The notes beneath the pieces are model-generated. The model searched no databases. It was not told the DNA's origin and saw only the letters and a list, made by a program, of their open reading frames with translations. A DNA stretch of 63,707 nucleotides, counting the filler, from Aduncisulcus paluster (Eukaryota): the NCBI GenBank assembly GCA_024181965.1. It is 8 parts of 8 records of this genome, joined end to end, with 100 filler letters (N's around TTAATTAATTAA, not from the genome) between each part and the next. Parts side by side here need not be neighbours in the genome. Positions count along the whole stretch, not along the records: positions 46,053 to 55,053 come from BQXS01011255.1; positions 55,154 to 60,565 come from BQXS01011256.1; 6 more parts are not named here. One strand, given 5' to 3'. A program made the translations under genes and the position numbers. Shown here one piece after another: positions 46,053-58,048 of this stretch (position 1 is its first letter; each line of letters opens with the position of its first letter).

Positions 46053-48566
46053 CCTGCTTTTGTGTTACGTGCAGTGCACAAGACTGGACCTGTCATTTGT
46101 GCCGTGTTTTTGTCTGCCCCGAAACAACTGTCAGCTTCCACAGGTAGTGGTTTGGCTCATTCGTCATCTTCTTCGTATTCCTCCTCTGTTGCTCTCTCAC
46201 TCTCTTTATATGAACAGCTTCTCAATGAGACTGCCCTGACTTGCTCTATGATATTTAGAAACGCTGGCAGCACAACCTTGGAGGAGATTCTGAGGAGTGT
46301 TGTCGAGGTCATCAGAGATGAGGATGAATGTGAAGGAACTCTGTTCGGAGTGAGAAAAGTGGTTGAGCTCTGTCCATGTTTATCTGTCTTTATTCCTCAG
46401 CTTACAAAACATCCCATTTCAAACAATGCCAGTCGTGTCCTTGCTGTGTTGTTCAGTGCGGCGGGTGCCTCTCTTGAGGATGAAGTTGGAAATGTGATTA
46501 GTACCCTTGTGAACTCTGCGCATGACGAGATTAGAGCTCGGGTTGACAAGCGAAGAGAACTCGAGAAGGAAGAGAAACTCAAGAGAGTACAGCAAGAACA
46601 ATATGAGAAACAGATGAATCTTAAGGCTGGTAGCGGAGAAGACGAGTCATCCATTACATCGTCACAATCGACAAAATTCTCTACACTCGATAACATTGAA
46701 CTGAGTGAGTTGCAATCACTCGCTGCTGTTAAGAGTGCCTGTAGTGTTGCCGTCACAGTCCGTAAGAAGAGTTGTTTCGGTTTCCATCGTAGTTTGACTG
46801 CTCTTTTGTCTGGAATCCGTAAGGCTGCCCGTGCGATTGCGTGCTTGTTGTTGAATGAAGTGTATGCTTGCCCAGAGGCCACTGCTGCCCTTGACGAAGA
46901 CGAGTTCACTGACAACCTTCTCCGTCGTTGCGTTGTCTTCTGTAGTGGTGATAGTTGTCAATATGTTCGACAAGCCTGTGCTTTGGCCTTGAAACGGATG
47001 TGTTATCGTACGAATGCTCCATTACACGGGGAGGAAGAAGAAGTCCAACAGAAGAAAAAGAAGAGTGAACGTCGTGAACACATCAATGCTCGTATCTGTG
47101 ATGCTGTGTACACATCATTGAGAGATCTGAGTGGGCGTAGGCGTCACGGAAGTGGTGCTCTTACCGACTTTGCTAAGGATGGTCTTGTGGATGCTATTGT
47201 ACCCGTTGTATTCTCTATCTTGACGCCTCAGCATGCCTATGTGCAGTTATTTAATGACGGTGTACGTTTGAGTGCTGCTGGACTATTACAAACTCTTCTT
47301 GACCTCTCTGACAAGACTGAGCTTGTAGAGTTCAGTGGTGGAATGCTAATTCGGACTATCCTCGGAAAAATCATTTCTGTGCTCTCTGCTCGTTATTCTA
47401 TTCCTGTCCACGTGGAGGTTAGCAAATGTGTGCTTTGTGTTCTTGAAATTGGTGGAAGTTGTCTATCTACCTTCGTCCCAGCTCTTCAAACGTGTTTGTT
47501 GAGGACTTTACAGTCTTCAAATGATGCTGTTCTGCGCGAGATCACGAGTAAGGCTATTATTGCCTTATCGACGATTACAACAAGGCCAGAGAGTCTTGTG
47601 TTTGCTGTGTTTAAGGCTGTACGTGAGAGCAAACAGGCCCTTCAAGGCGGAACGCTCGCCTGTTTGGCTGATCTGATCCATGAAGTTGGAGCCGATTTGC
47701 CCGAGAAGACTGAACTTGTGGGCAGTGCCGGTGATATAATCAAGGGTGCTGAAGCTGAGAATTTGGCAGAGTTCATCTCGGATTACACATTCTCCAAGTA
47801 TTGTGCCGACCCATCCTCCCAGATTCGTGTTGCCTGTGCCCGTGTTGTTAGTGCATGTATTTGTACTTTCCCTGCTGACATTGCCTGCGAATTTATTGAT
47901 GCTTTTACTTTGTTTGATGAGGAAGATGAGCGTGACAGTCCCATCTTGTTCCAGCACCGTCTTCACACCCGCTGTTCGATTCTTGCCGGTGTGTTGAGAC
48001 AAGAGGAACCAATGGAGGAGTTTTTGATGGAACTTTTGCAAACTGAGCAAGGAGAAGGCATTACTTTCTCTGACATTGTTGGATTTGCTGCTGAGAAGGC
48101 CGTATCCAAGGATGAGCTTGTGAGAGCTGAAGCTGTCGATTGTATCGTGAGTCTTGTCATGTACATGTGTGATGAAGAGCAGGCAAAGAAAGCCAGCCCT
48201 GTAAATGTTGCAACTTTGTGTGAGGTCATATCAAAAGCCATTCTTCCACCATGCACTGTTGACTTGCGTAACACTGCTCTCATTTCCTTGAAACGTCTTG
48301 GTGTACATGCAAACGAAGAATTTTTGATGGAGTACGGTCCTATGTTTGCCATTGCCTGTGTGAAATGCATCCAAGAGCATGGAGTTGAGTTGAAACTCTC
48401 TGCCCAACGCTGCATTGCTGACCTATTGTTGTTATTCACTGGGGATAATCCTGTTGCAACACATATATGTACTCGTGTTCAAGAACTGAACTCTGACACG
48501 GGTAGGCTCTTGAGTGCTCTTGTGAAGAAAATTAGGAACATGATTAAGAGTGGTGATTTGGAGTGA
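46053..48566 (+). CDS. GCN1: GCN1 (eIF2-alpha kinase activator), C-terminal HEAT repeats; 5'-truncated
   Basis: IPQLTKHPIS...SRVLAVLFSAAGASL, ILGKIISVLSARYS..V, LSTFVPALQTCLLRTLQ...LR and LKLSAQRC follow GCN1 blocks (LVPKLTTPP..RVLAFLSSVAGDAL, ITGPLIRILGDRF, LKPFLPQLQTTFTKALQD). Confidence 0.75.
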   Translation, partial: PAFVLRAVHKTGPVICAVFLSAPKQLSASTGSGLAHSSSSSYSSSVALSLSLYEQLLNETALTCSMIFRNAGSTTLEEILRSVVEVIRDEDECEGTLFGVRKVVELCPCLSVFIPQLTKHPISNNASRVLAVLFSAAGASLEDEVGNVISTLVNSAHDEIRARVDKRRELEKEEKLKRVQQEQYEKQMNLKAGSGEDESSITSSQSTKFSTLDNIELSELQSLAAVKSACSVAVTVRKKSCFGFHRSLTALLSGIRKAARAIACLLLNEVYACPEATAALDEDEFTDNLLRRCVVFCSGDSCQYVRQACALALKRMCYRTNAPLHGEEEEVQQKKKKSERREHINARICDAVYTSLRDLSGRRRHGSGALTDFAKDGLVDAIVPVVFSILTPQHAYVQLFNDGVRLSAAGLLQTLLDLSDKTELVEFSGGMLIRTILGKIISVLSARYSIPVHVEVSKCVLCVLEIGGSCLSTFVPALQTCLLRTLQSSNDAVLREITSKAIIALSTITTRPESLVFAVFKAVRESKQALQGGTLACLADLIHEVGADLPEKTELVGSAGDIIKGAEAENLAEFISDYTFSKYCADPSSQIRVACARVVSACICTFPADIACEFIDAFTLFDEEDERDSPILFQHRLHTRCSILAGVLRQEEPMEEFLMELLQTEQGEGITFSDIVGFAAEKAVSKDELVRAEAVDCIVSLVMYMCDEEQAKKASPVNVATLCEVISKAILPPCTVDLRNTALISLKRLGVHANEEFLMEYGPMFAIACVKCIQEHGVELKLSAQRCIADLLLLFTGDNPVATHICTRVQELNSDTGRLLSALVKKIRNMIKSGDLE

Positions 48567-48729
48567 AGAATCTAGTTTAGCCAGTATTTGGTAAAGTAAA
48601 AAGACTCAAATTTTTAACCTTTTATTTTTTTAAGTATTTGAAATACTAGTATTTGTCATAGTATTTTAAAAAAACCCAGTCATCTTTTGTTTGATCACCA
48701 AATTGGTTAAGAAGTGGCAATTTATTGAA

Positions 48730-51700
48730 TTAAACAATTCTACATTGGTTTGAATCTTCATTCAAGACTGTTGAATCAAGAGAAACTTTAGAATCATACA
48801 TGGGCTGCATAGTTGGTGCAGATGATTGGACACCGGGAGTTAGCTTCTTCGAACAGCAACAACACTTCACGATGATCACAATTGCAACACAAACAACTGC
48901 AACACCTCCACAAATGATCAGGACGAGTTGCCATGTTTCTAATGAAGACGTAGAGAGAATTGTTTCACATGAGTCTCCTCCAAAACCATCATAACATTGA
49001 CACGTCACAAGTTCTGAATCATTTTCTATTGCAAACACACATGTTCCATTTCCAGAACAATTGTCGTCAGCGACACATACCAATTGACATGCAGACCCAA
49101 AGAATGTGTCATCGGAACAAGAGCATGTATTAAACACAGAACTGCAAGTACCATTGGTGCTACAAACATTTCCGTCTGAATCTGTCGGACATTGTCGTGA
49201 ACATTCATCTCCAAACCATCCATCGAAACATTCACAGATAGCGGTTGAAAGATCGGTCGAGTAAACACATTCTCCTCTTTCTCCACCACAAGAGTCACAT
49301 GCACCATCAGCAGCAGCAACACAGACGTTAGATGCTGTGTCAAGGTAGAATCCTGTCGCACATACACAGGCAGTTTCACCAGAACTATTGACACCACACA
49401 CGAAATTGTTGGCATAATCACACGAGGATCCCGTATCTCCACAAGTGGCATCGGCTGTCTGATTGGAAAATATAAGCACACTCGATTCGGTTGAAATAGT
49501 GGAACAAGGATTACTGCTACTGTCATCAACAACACTGTCACTACAAGATGCAATGGTGTTAGCAGACACATCCAATGTGTCCAATGAACCAATGGATTCA
49601 ATTACATCCTCAACAAGAGCAATATCTGAGATACTGTTTTGAGAGAGGTCGAGTGTTGTCAAGGAACTGAACGATGGTTGTTGAGCAATGATGGAAGGAT
49701 CCATAATGTTATTGTTTGAGAGAACCAAAGTGGAGAGTGAGCTTGCAAGAGGTTGTTCGACCACACCATCAACAATCTCACAATCTCCGACACACACGGC
49801 GAGACCGTTCAGAAGGGAAATGGAGTCAGAGAATGTGTGTTCTTGAGATGTGTCCGTGAGACCAGAGCATCCATTGATATTGAGTGAATCCAACGAACAC
49901 CATCCAACACATGAAGACGAGGACATTAGTGAAGTGGAAGGATGTGATTGTTCAGAGAGAGCAGGAAGGTAAAGAGAGACACGAGAACGATGAGTAGATG
50001 AAGAAGAATAGGAAGAGGATGAATAAGATGAAGCCGAGTTTGAAATCGAAGTCACTAACTCATCTAACATGTCATAATTCATTTTCTCCATCTCAGAGAT
50101 TGTCACAGACGCCAACTTACTCAGTTCAGCAAGAGGAGTAATATCAGAGATGGATGTATTCCCAGCAGCAAATGAAAGATAGGAGAGATTATCCATATAT
50201 TGCATGCCTTCAATGGATATTACAGTGTTAGCCACAGTGAATATTGTAATCGTTTCCACTTCCTCAATTCCAATATCATCCACAAAGGACGAATCGTCAC
50301 AATTCGTGCTCGAGAACCCAAGAGAAGTACAAATGGAATGTTTCAACACGGCATCCATGTTAAGAGTCCCAAGAGTGACATTCGGGGCAATCGTACACAG
50401 ATCTCCCACATATGAATCAGTGCATGTGCATTGGTGAGTCGAAGTATTACACCCAACTGCTGTGTTCACTCTTGCACACTTGATCCTGGGAATCGACAGG
50501 ACATTCAGAGGTACATTCTTTCCCATACCACCCATCAATACACATGATGGAAATGGTGTCCACTGAAACTTCTGTTCCATCAGCTCCATCGGCAGCACAC
50601 ATCATATTGTCGGAGGACAAGTCGTGACATTTCTCATACATCTCTGGAGATTCAGTGCGATCGATTAACACACATGCAGAGTTGTTAGAACCAATACTCA
50701 CAGAAATATCATGGTAGCATGAACTGCAACACGTTGGTTCCCAATGATCTGACCAAGATTCTTTGCAAACGATTCCTGACTCAAAGGAGAAGGATGATGT
50801 CAGAGCTGAACAGTTACAAGTGTTGGCACTGGCAGAGAACGAGTCCAGTGATAAATGAGTCTTGACATCACCAATACCATCGGCATCCATTCCACAAATC
50901 AAGTTATCACCAAGGTCAAGGGAGACAAGGGAAGTGAAGGAAACAGAGTAAAGGGGAGTTGGGTCGGAGATGGAGTTTGCACTAAGATCCAAAGAAGAAA
51001 GGGAAGGTGGAAGTGAGGACACAAATCCTCCCAAATCAGAGATCTCATTCTTGTTCAAAGTCAGAGAGACCAACGATTTCAAGCCAGAGAAGTCAATCGG
51101 GAATTCAAACACAGAGTCAAGAATCGAGACAGATGTGAGTGAAGCAGGAAGAGTTGAAATCATTGCATTCGTGAGAACTCGATCAATACTATCGAGAGTC
51201 AACTCCTTCAATGATTCAAGAGAGGAGAAGTCAATGTCAGATGTAATGCTAATGGATGAGATCGAAATGGATTGCAAAGAGGTTGGTAAGTCCTCGATGA
51301 ACACAGGTCCAATGATAAGATTGCCATCAGAATCTAACAAAAGTTCCTCAAGATTGGTCAAGAATGATAGATTGAGATCTGATGCAAGTGATATATTGGC
51401 CAGTGACAAGAGTTTAAGAGATGTGGGCAAGTCACTCATAGATGTATTCCCAATCTCTAAGCCACTAGTAGCAGTGCCATCAACAGACAAAGAGAGTAGA
51501 TTTGTGGCAGATAATAAGCCTTCAAATGAATCAACATTCGAAACGGAAAGAGTTGTTAATTGAAGAAGATCGCCCGAGCTAATAGAACAACCAGAGGAAT
51601 ATCCAAGTTGAGTACAAATGGCATTCTTCAAGTTTTCATCTGGAATCTCAATGGGTTTATCCTGAATAGAACAGTCATCTCCTGTGAGACCATCAACACA

Positions 51701-54700
51701 TTCACATGTAATCGTTGATGCACCCTCTTTGAGAACTGATATCATTCGATCGTTTAGTTCACATTCATCACAAATCTCAATGTCTGATGCTGAGGTAGCT
51801 TCAACACAAGAAGCCAATCCTTCATCATAGTAGTAACCATTCCAACAGTTCATGCTCCAGAGATCATCAAAGCCAGTAACGCCAAAACATATCTCATTCT
51901 CACTGAAGTCGGGCTCTGGAGAACACATGCATGTTTGATCAGACTCGGAAGACTCGAGGGAGAAAGATGAGTTCGTGAAGTATGAAGTCAGCTCAGAATT
52001 CACATCGGCAATGTCACAGATCAGATTGTCACTGATGTTGAGGGACAATAACACATCGGAGGGCAAGGGTGTGGTTGATCCATTCTCATTGATCAGAACC
52101 GACACATCGGAGATCTGGTTGGAATGCACATCGATGCTTGTTAATGTGGATGACAGTATTATCGGAGAGATGTCAACAATACTATTCGAACTCACATCGA
52201 TGGCTGTCATAGAACCAATGTGCTCCAGACCTGCAAGAGAGGAGACACTACTCGATGGACATGTCAAAGAAGTGGATGCAGAAATGTTCTTCAAGGAAGC
52301 AACACCAAACTCATACGTCCCATCGCCAACAGCAACCTTGTCAGCAGCATCGATCATGTCGGACACACACCCATGCAAGGCTACATCAGGCACAACACTA
52401 GCACACGAATGGGTGCCATCGGAGTTCGCACGACATTCGGACCCATATCCACATCCACCAGAACAGTCTGCAGAGCGTGTGCATGTGAATGTGTCCGAAT
52501 CAGAGTACGTGTAATATGAGTCACTCATGCAGGTCACAGCCCAAGTCTCGGATGAAGGAGCTGTCTCAGAGCACACAAGACCTTCAGAGATGGATGCAAT
52601 GGTGCTCTCAGAGTCAGGGTCGAGAGATGGGCAGTGGCAAGTTTGATCTGATATTTCAAGTTCAATGTTCTCTGAATCGAACAAGGCATAAAATGCATCC
52701 TCGTCTTCATTACCATAACATAAATAATTTTCGGCTATTCCAAGATAACCCAGGTATGGGAGACCTAGGAATGGCGAGATGTCAGTTATCATGTTACTTG
52801 ATATGCTAATAGCAATAACTTCAGTCAAATCAGAGAAATACGAACCATCATCAATCATATTTTCATCAAAATAGATCTCAATTACATTTTGCATTGATGT
52901 CAAGAAAGATACATCTGAAAGACTATTGGAATAAGCATAGAACATTCTCATATTCGGGAATGAAATTTCTCCATCAAAAGAAGAAATTGAATTCTCTGAA
53001 ACATCTAAAAACATCAATTCACTAAGCTCAACAAGGAATGATGAATCTGAAATATTGTTTTGAGAACAATCCAGATAGGACAAAGACTCAAGATTCATTA
53101 TTGGCGACATATCAGAGATATTGTTGGAATAAAGATCCAAATATACCAATGAGCTTAAATTTGAAATTGGAGATACATCAACAATATCATTATTGTTTAG
53201 AGTTAAGGATTCTAGAGATAATAAAGATGCTAATGGAGAGAGATTACTGATACTATTATTTCCAATTGCTAAATATTCGAGTGAAATGAGGGTCGAAAGC
53301 GGAGAGAGATCAACAATAACATTTGAATACATCTTCAAAACCTTCAATGAAGTAAGTTGAGATAACAACGAAATATCTACAATTGAGTTGGAATCTATGT
53401 TCAAAATCTCTAAGGATGTCATTGAACTAAGGAAAGAAATATCATCACTGAGACAATACCATAAATCCAAATGCCTCATGAAAGAGGAAGATACAGAGGA
53501 TAAGAATGACATATCAACCGCATAATTGGATGCAAGATCAATCGATTGAAGCTGCGTCAATGAAGACAAATCTATGTCAGGTTCATCACCAGATGCCATA
53601 TTCGAAATCTTCAGAAGCCTTATATTTGTTGGTAACACAGAACCAGAAATATCAATATTACGGGCATTGAATTCAAGATATTTTAATTGTATCGCCTCAC
53701 TCAGATCCATTGGTTGGGTTAAATAATTGGCATCTAATGTAATCTCTAATAACTGTGGTAAGAAATTGCCAAGCTCACTTTGAGTCATGATAAATGAACT
53801 GAAGATAGCTTGCAAAGTAGGAGCACTCGACAAATTAGAAAAGTCAGAATGATTACCATTGCTCCATTGGAACGTTCGAAGTTTAAGGAAATCGGAAAGG
53901 TCAGGAATTGTAGAATCAGTACTGTTGATATCACCAAAATTCAGATATTCAAGAGAAGGAAGTGATGGCAAAGAAATGGATGTTAGGTCACCTTCATTTG
54001 TGACAACCATTGATCCTTCAACTGTCAAGTTCTTGAGAGAAGAAAGCGATGACAAAGAAGAGAGTGGATAAGAACTATATTCGAAAATCAAGGTCAAACT
54101 CTCCAAGTTAGTCAATTGAGAGATATTGAGGAGGATTGAATCATCAAATGAGTAACATTGAAGTTCCAATTCTATGAGATTTGGAAGATCAGACATATCA
54201 GGAATGTTAACGCAAAATTCAGAGGCAGAACCAATCGATAATGAAACCAAATTCGAAGCCCTTGATAGAAAAGAGAAGCTGTCAAACGAGTATCCATATT
54301 GATGAAGTTTCATTACCTTCAAGTTTTCAAGTTCAAGAGAAGTCTCATCAAAATTCAGAACTTCATCAACTTCCAATTCCAAATATTCCAAGTTTGTCAA
54401 TGAAGAAAGCCATGAAACATCAATAATTGCTTCAACTTCATAATCGATATTTGACAAAACAAAGTGTGTTAAGTTTGAAAGAGGGGAGAGATCCGGAATC
54501 AAGATTGAATAGGACTCGATTTCACTTAATTCCAAATATTTGAGAGTTTTAAGTTCAGCCAGGACAGAGAAGTCACAAAGAACAAAAACATCATGAAAAC
54601 TTAAGTATTCCAGAGTGTCTTTGACTTGAGAAAGTTTGGAGAGATCAAGAATATTGCAATTGGAAATTTCGAGATGGACTAGATTTGGAAGATAATCGAT

Positions 54701-55053
54701 GAAATCCAGATTTATAGAAAACATGGATCCAACAATAAGTTCAGTCACAGTGGATGGGATGGAGCTCAAATCTCGAATGGGCAGGGTACTGAGATAATCA
54801 TCATCAATCAGCCTCTGAGTCAGATTCAAAGACGTTACAGTCGCAGGCAAAGGTGAGAGGTCGATCACATTGGTGCCACTCAGATCCAACGTCGTCAATG
54901 CTGGGAGTGCAGACCCATCGGACAGGGCGAGACTCGTGAAGAAGGCGGGGAACGTGACACTCGTGCGTCCAGCAACGGAAAGCGTGGTGAGTGAGGCTGG
55001 GAACATGCCTTGCACAGTGACATCATAGTTATTGTCGGAGTCGAACAGAGGAC
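48730..55053 (-). CDS. Giant internalin-type LRR plus EGF-like/Cys-rich type I membrane surface protein; 1-nt frameshift near 50455; 5'-truncated
   Basis: Dozens of LxxLxLxxNxIxDxSxL repeats with IPDxxL..AIC caps, CxCxxGxxGxxC EGF motifs, one TM helix (WQLVLIICGGVAVVCVAIVIIV) and a KCCCCSKK tail. The two ORFs join if one T is removed from AGC AGT T GGG TGT. Confidence 0.85.
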
Positions 55054-55153
55054 NNNNNNNNNNNNNNNNNNNNNNNNNNNNNNNNNNNNNNNNNNNNTTA
55101 ATTAATTAANNNNNNNNNNNNNNNNNNNNNNNNNNNNNNNNNNNNNNNNNNNN

Positions 55154-55610
55154 CCAAGAGACACAGATTCCTGATTCTGTCAACGAGTCCCCTTCTATGA
55201 TCCCCCCCAACCCCTCCCAACGCCCCTCAAGCCCTCAATCTGCTTCCGGTACTGAGAAGCAGGACGATAGTTCAGAAACGAGCTACGCTCAAGACCCTTT
55301 TGCCAATATTGTTGACACAGGCTGTGCTAAAAAGCACCAACCCTATCTTTTGATACCCTTCGCCTTGACAACAATTGGAGCCATTGGAGAGAAAGCTTGG
55401 GAGTTTATTGAGCATGTACGGAGGAATGGAACCGATTTCATGGTACCTGGCCGAACCAGAGAAGAGAGATCACGTAGATGGGCATCTACCCTTCTATGTG
55501 GGCTTGGAAGAGGCCTGTGTATAAGAGAAGCGACTTGTGTATCGTCTTACAGCTGGAATTTAATCCAAAAGAAAGAACCAAAGAGCAAGGGTAGTCACCT
55601 AAGCTTTTAG
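55154..55610 (+). mobile_element. Probable 3' end of an RLE-type non-LTR retrotransposon ORF (5'-truncated by scaffold start)
   Basis: Frame is open from the scaffold edge. KKHQPYLLIPFALTTIGAIGEKAWEFI resembles the K..KY...F.P...E..G.(W/L)G..A..F C-terminal motif of CRE/R2-type restriction-like endonucleases. The RT and PD..D core are not visible. Confidence 0.45.
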
Positions 55611-56122
55611 TTCTTTCAGCCAAAAAACACCCAAAAATCTCGCAAATTAAACCCAATTTTACTGAAACAATTTATCGTAAAATCCTAGTGTTTAAAAATT
55701 TAGCGAGAACCTGTTACGTCCTATAAATAAACCTGTCTCTTGATCAAATTGAACAAAGAATTTATTAGTACGATATTCCTGTCCATTTTATACGGCGATA
55801 TGAAGTCCCGTGCACTCAACACAGACCTCATACATTCCGATCCATAATAATTGTAAGCAATTCTGATTGCTTGAAAATGGAAATTGATTTTATTTGAAAC
55901 AGTAAATTTGGCCCCTTTCATATTCTTGAAAGATCTAAATAATATGGCTCATTGCAAATACATGTTCTTATCCATGAAGGAGGAAGCAATGAAAACACCT
56001 TTCTCCATTTTAACAACCTTTGGAGTATCTTTTATGTTGAATAATTGAGGGGTTGGACAAAATAGGATTCAAAATACTCAGTATTAAAATAGGCTATTTT
56101 ATGTCCATATTACTTCAAATTT

Positions 56123-57121
56123 CTATTGTCCACCTCTGCGTCGAGCACGTTGATTGTTTAAAAATCTTCTAAATTGTTTTGGATCATCGAGTTTGGCTTC
56201 CCGAGCAACCATTTCAACAGTTTCGGGAAGGACGGGTAATTCTCCCTTATTCACAAAACAGAGCATCATATCTCTTTGAGTTTGAGAAAATATTGACTTT
56301 CGTGTATCCGTATGCTCATCTTCCTTTTCCTTTCTCATTTCTTTGCGCAATTTCGAGAATAATTCAAGGCTTCGGTCAGTGTCACTTTGTACCATTCCAC
56401 TAAAATGCTTTGTCATTGAATGAAAGATAGATATTAATTTTTTGGTCTTTGTTTTATCCAATTCTTGTCGTTTAAATAAAAATAATGTATCATCAAGGGA
56501 CTTGAGAAGGAATGAGAGTTGTGTGATAAACTCTTCCTCGTCTGAAATATCACTTACAAGGGATACGGCTGATGTGGGAACATATGTATCTGCTAACGCC
56601 GTATCATTCGTTATGTCCATCTCGATTATGTCGTCATCAACCTTTTTGTCGGGAGGGAGCACACCTGTGGCAATAGATGAAATAGGTGCCTCTGAGGATG
56701 TTCCAACAATAGAAAATGCAGAACTATGTGCAGTTTCAAGTGTAGAGGATGGTTGCATCGGTGCGGGAAAAGATGAAATGAAAGAGGAGGAACCAACCGT
56801 GGCCTGACGTTTTCTAGCCGCAGTAAAGGGTTCATCATTATCGTCTGTTGGTGAAAATATGCTTGAAATACCACAACGTGATAAATGGGATCGACAGGAT
56901 GGGCCCGACGCTTTTTCTCGCTGTTGTTCATATGATTCTTCTAAAGGAATTTGTTGAGTCTCGTGTTTTGGTGCAAATAAATGTTGTTCTATCATTCCAG
57001 CTCCAAATGAATACCCTTCTTCAGTAGTTGGTGCTGGAAACATTAAAGAACCAAAAGATTCATTTTCGGAGGCATGTGACTTAAAATCAGACACAACAAA
57101 ATCGAAAGCAAATCGGTTCAT
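56123..57121 (-). CDS. Protein with a C-terminal atypical homeodomain
   Basis: RKSIFSQTQRDMML.F...P....EMVAREAKL..KQFRRFLNNQRARRR keeps F8, Q12, A35, L40, Q44, N51 and R53, but has F48/L49 instead of W48/F49. Confidence 0.6.
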   Translation of the reverse strand: MNRFAFDFVVSDFKSHASENESFGSLMFPAPTTEEGYSFGAGMIEQHLFAPKHETQQIPLEESYEQQREKASGPSCRSHLSRCGISSIFSPTDDNDEPFTAARKRQATVGSSSFISSFPAPMQPSSTLETAHSSAFSIVGTSSEAPISSIATGVLPPDKKVDDDIIEMDITNDTALADTYVPTSAVSLVSDISDEEEFITQLSFLLKSLDDTLFLFKRQELDKTKTKKLISIFHSMTKHFSGMVQSDTDRSLELFSKLRKEMRKEKEDEHTDTRKSIFSQTQRDMMLCFVNKGELPVLPETVEMVAREAKLDDPKQFRRFLNNQRARRRGGQ

Positions 57122-57277
57122 CAAAGAATAATGATGTTTATCAGTGTTGGTTTTTGGGATATGTCAGGAAAACCGATGATCATTATCAACTTTTCCGAAA
57201 CATACAATTAAACGCATTTGGTTTTTCAAAATGAATTTACATGAATGATTGAAGATGATAAAATTATACAAAATGAT

Positions 57278-58048
57278 TTATTTAAATCCAGAACCAGCAG
57301 ACAGAGCAGATTGAGCAGCAGACAATAAATACTCTCTATCTTCCAAAGCAGATCCATATTCTTCTTTCATCCTCTTTAATTCTTCTTCAGCGTGATTAGC
57401 TCTCCTAACAGCCCGTCCAGTCTCCCTAAGGCTCAATTCAATTTCCCGCGACGATAAATCAGTTGAGACTCCAATCGATACCTTTTTCTTGGAAATGGCA
57501 CACATCATCGCATTTTTTTGAGCCTCATACAGTTGTTCCTGGAGTTTTACAAGAAGTAATTCGCTCTCAGCCAATTCATGTCTCATTTCCTCAATTCTTT
57601 TTGTTTTCCTTGTTAATGATGATCGTAAGGCTTCGAAAGCTTCTGCAGCATCTTCTCTTGCCTCTGTTCTAGCGTGAAAAGCAGACTTTTCAGCATCTGT
57701 TACTTTCTTTAAAAGTTCTCTTTTTTCAGACGAAGCAATATCAGCATTTCTATGAGTTGTTGCCACATATTCTTCATATTCAGAGGATATAGATGTTATA
57801 ATTTCAACGAGAGTTTCAATACAACCATTACCGACCTCATCGCCGCGTAATGCATCAAGAGCCTTTTTAATATGGGTTTCTGTTCCTTTGAAAGTAAGTC
57901 CATGAGACGAAGAAGGTGATCCCCTTCGTTTTTGAAGGTGCTTCCGGAGAGAATCTCTGGCAGCCGCCAATTCACGATTTAATGGTAAATATGCATAATA
58001 TTCATGAGCTGCGGCAGGAGATGTTGAGTGTTCTTCTGGACTTGGCAT
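57278..58048 (-). CDS. Hypothetical coiled-coil protein (weak resemblance to the TSNAXIP1 N-terminal domain)
   Basis: Intact ORF with a long coiled coil; LVEIITSISSEYEEYV loosely resembles the LL..IK..YE motif. Confidence 0.55.
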   Translation of the reverse strand: MPSPEEHSTSPAAAHEYYAYLPLNRELAAARDSLRKHLQKRRGSPSSSHGLTFKGTETHIKKALDALRGDEVGNGCIETLVEIITSISSEYEEYVATTHRNADIASSEKRELLKKVTDAEKSAFHARTEAREDAAEAFEALRSSLTRKTKRIEEMRHELAESELLLVKLQEQLYEAQKNAMMCAISKKKVSIGVSTDLSSREIELSLRETGRAVRRANHAEEELKRMKEEYGSALEDREYLLSAAQSALSAGSGFK

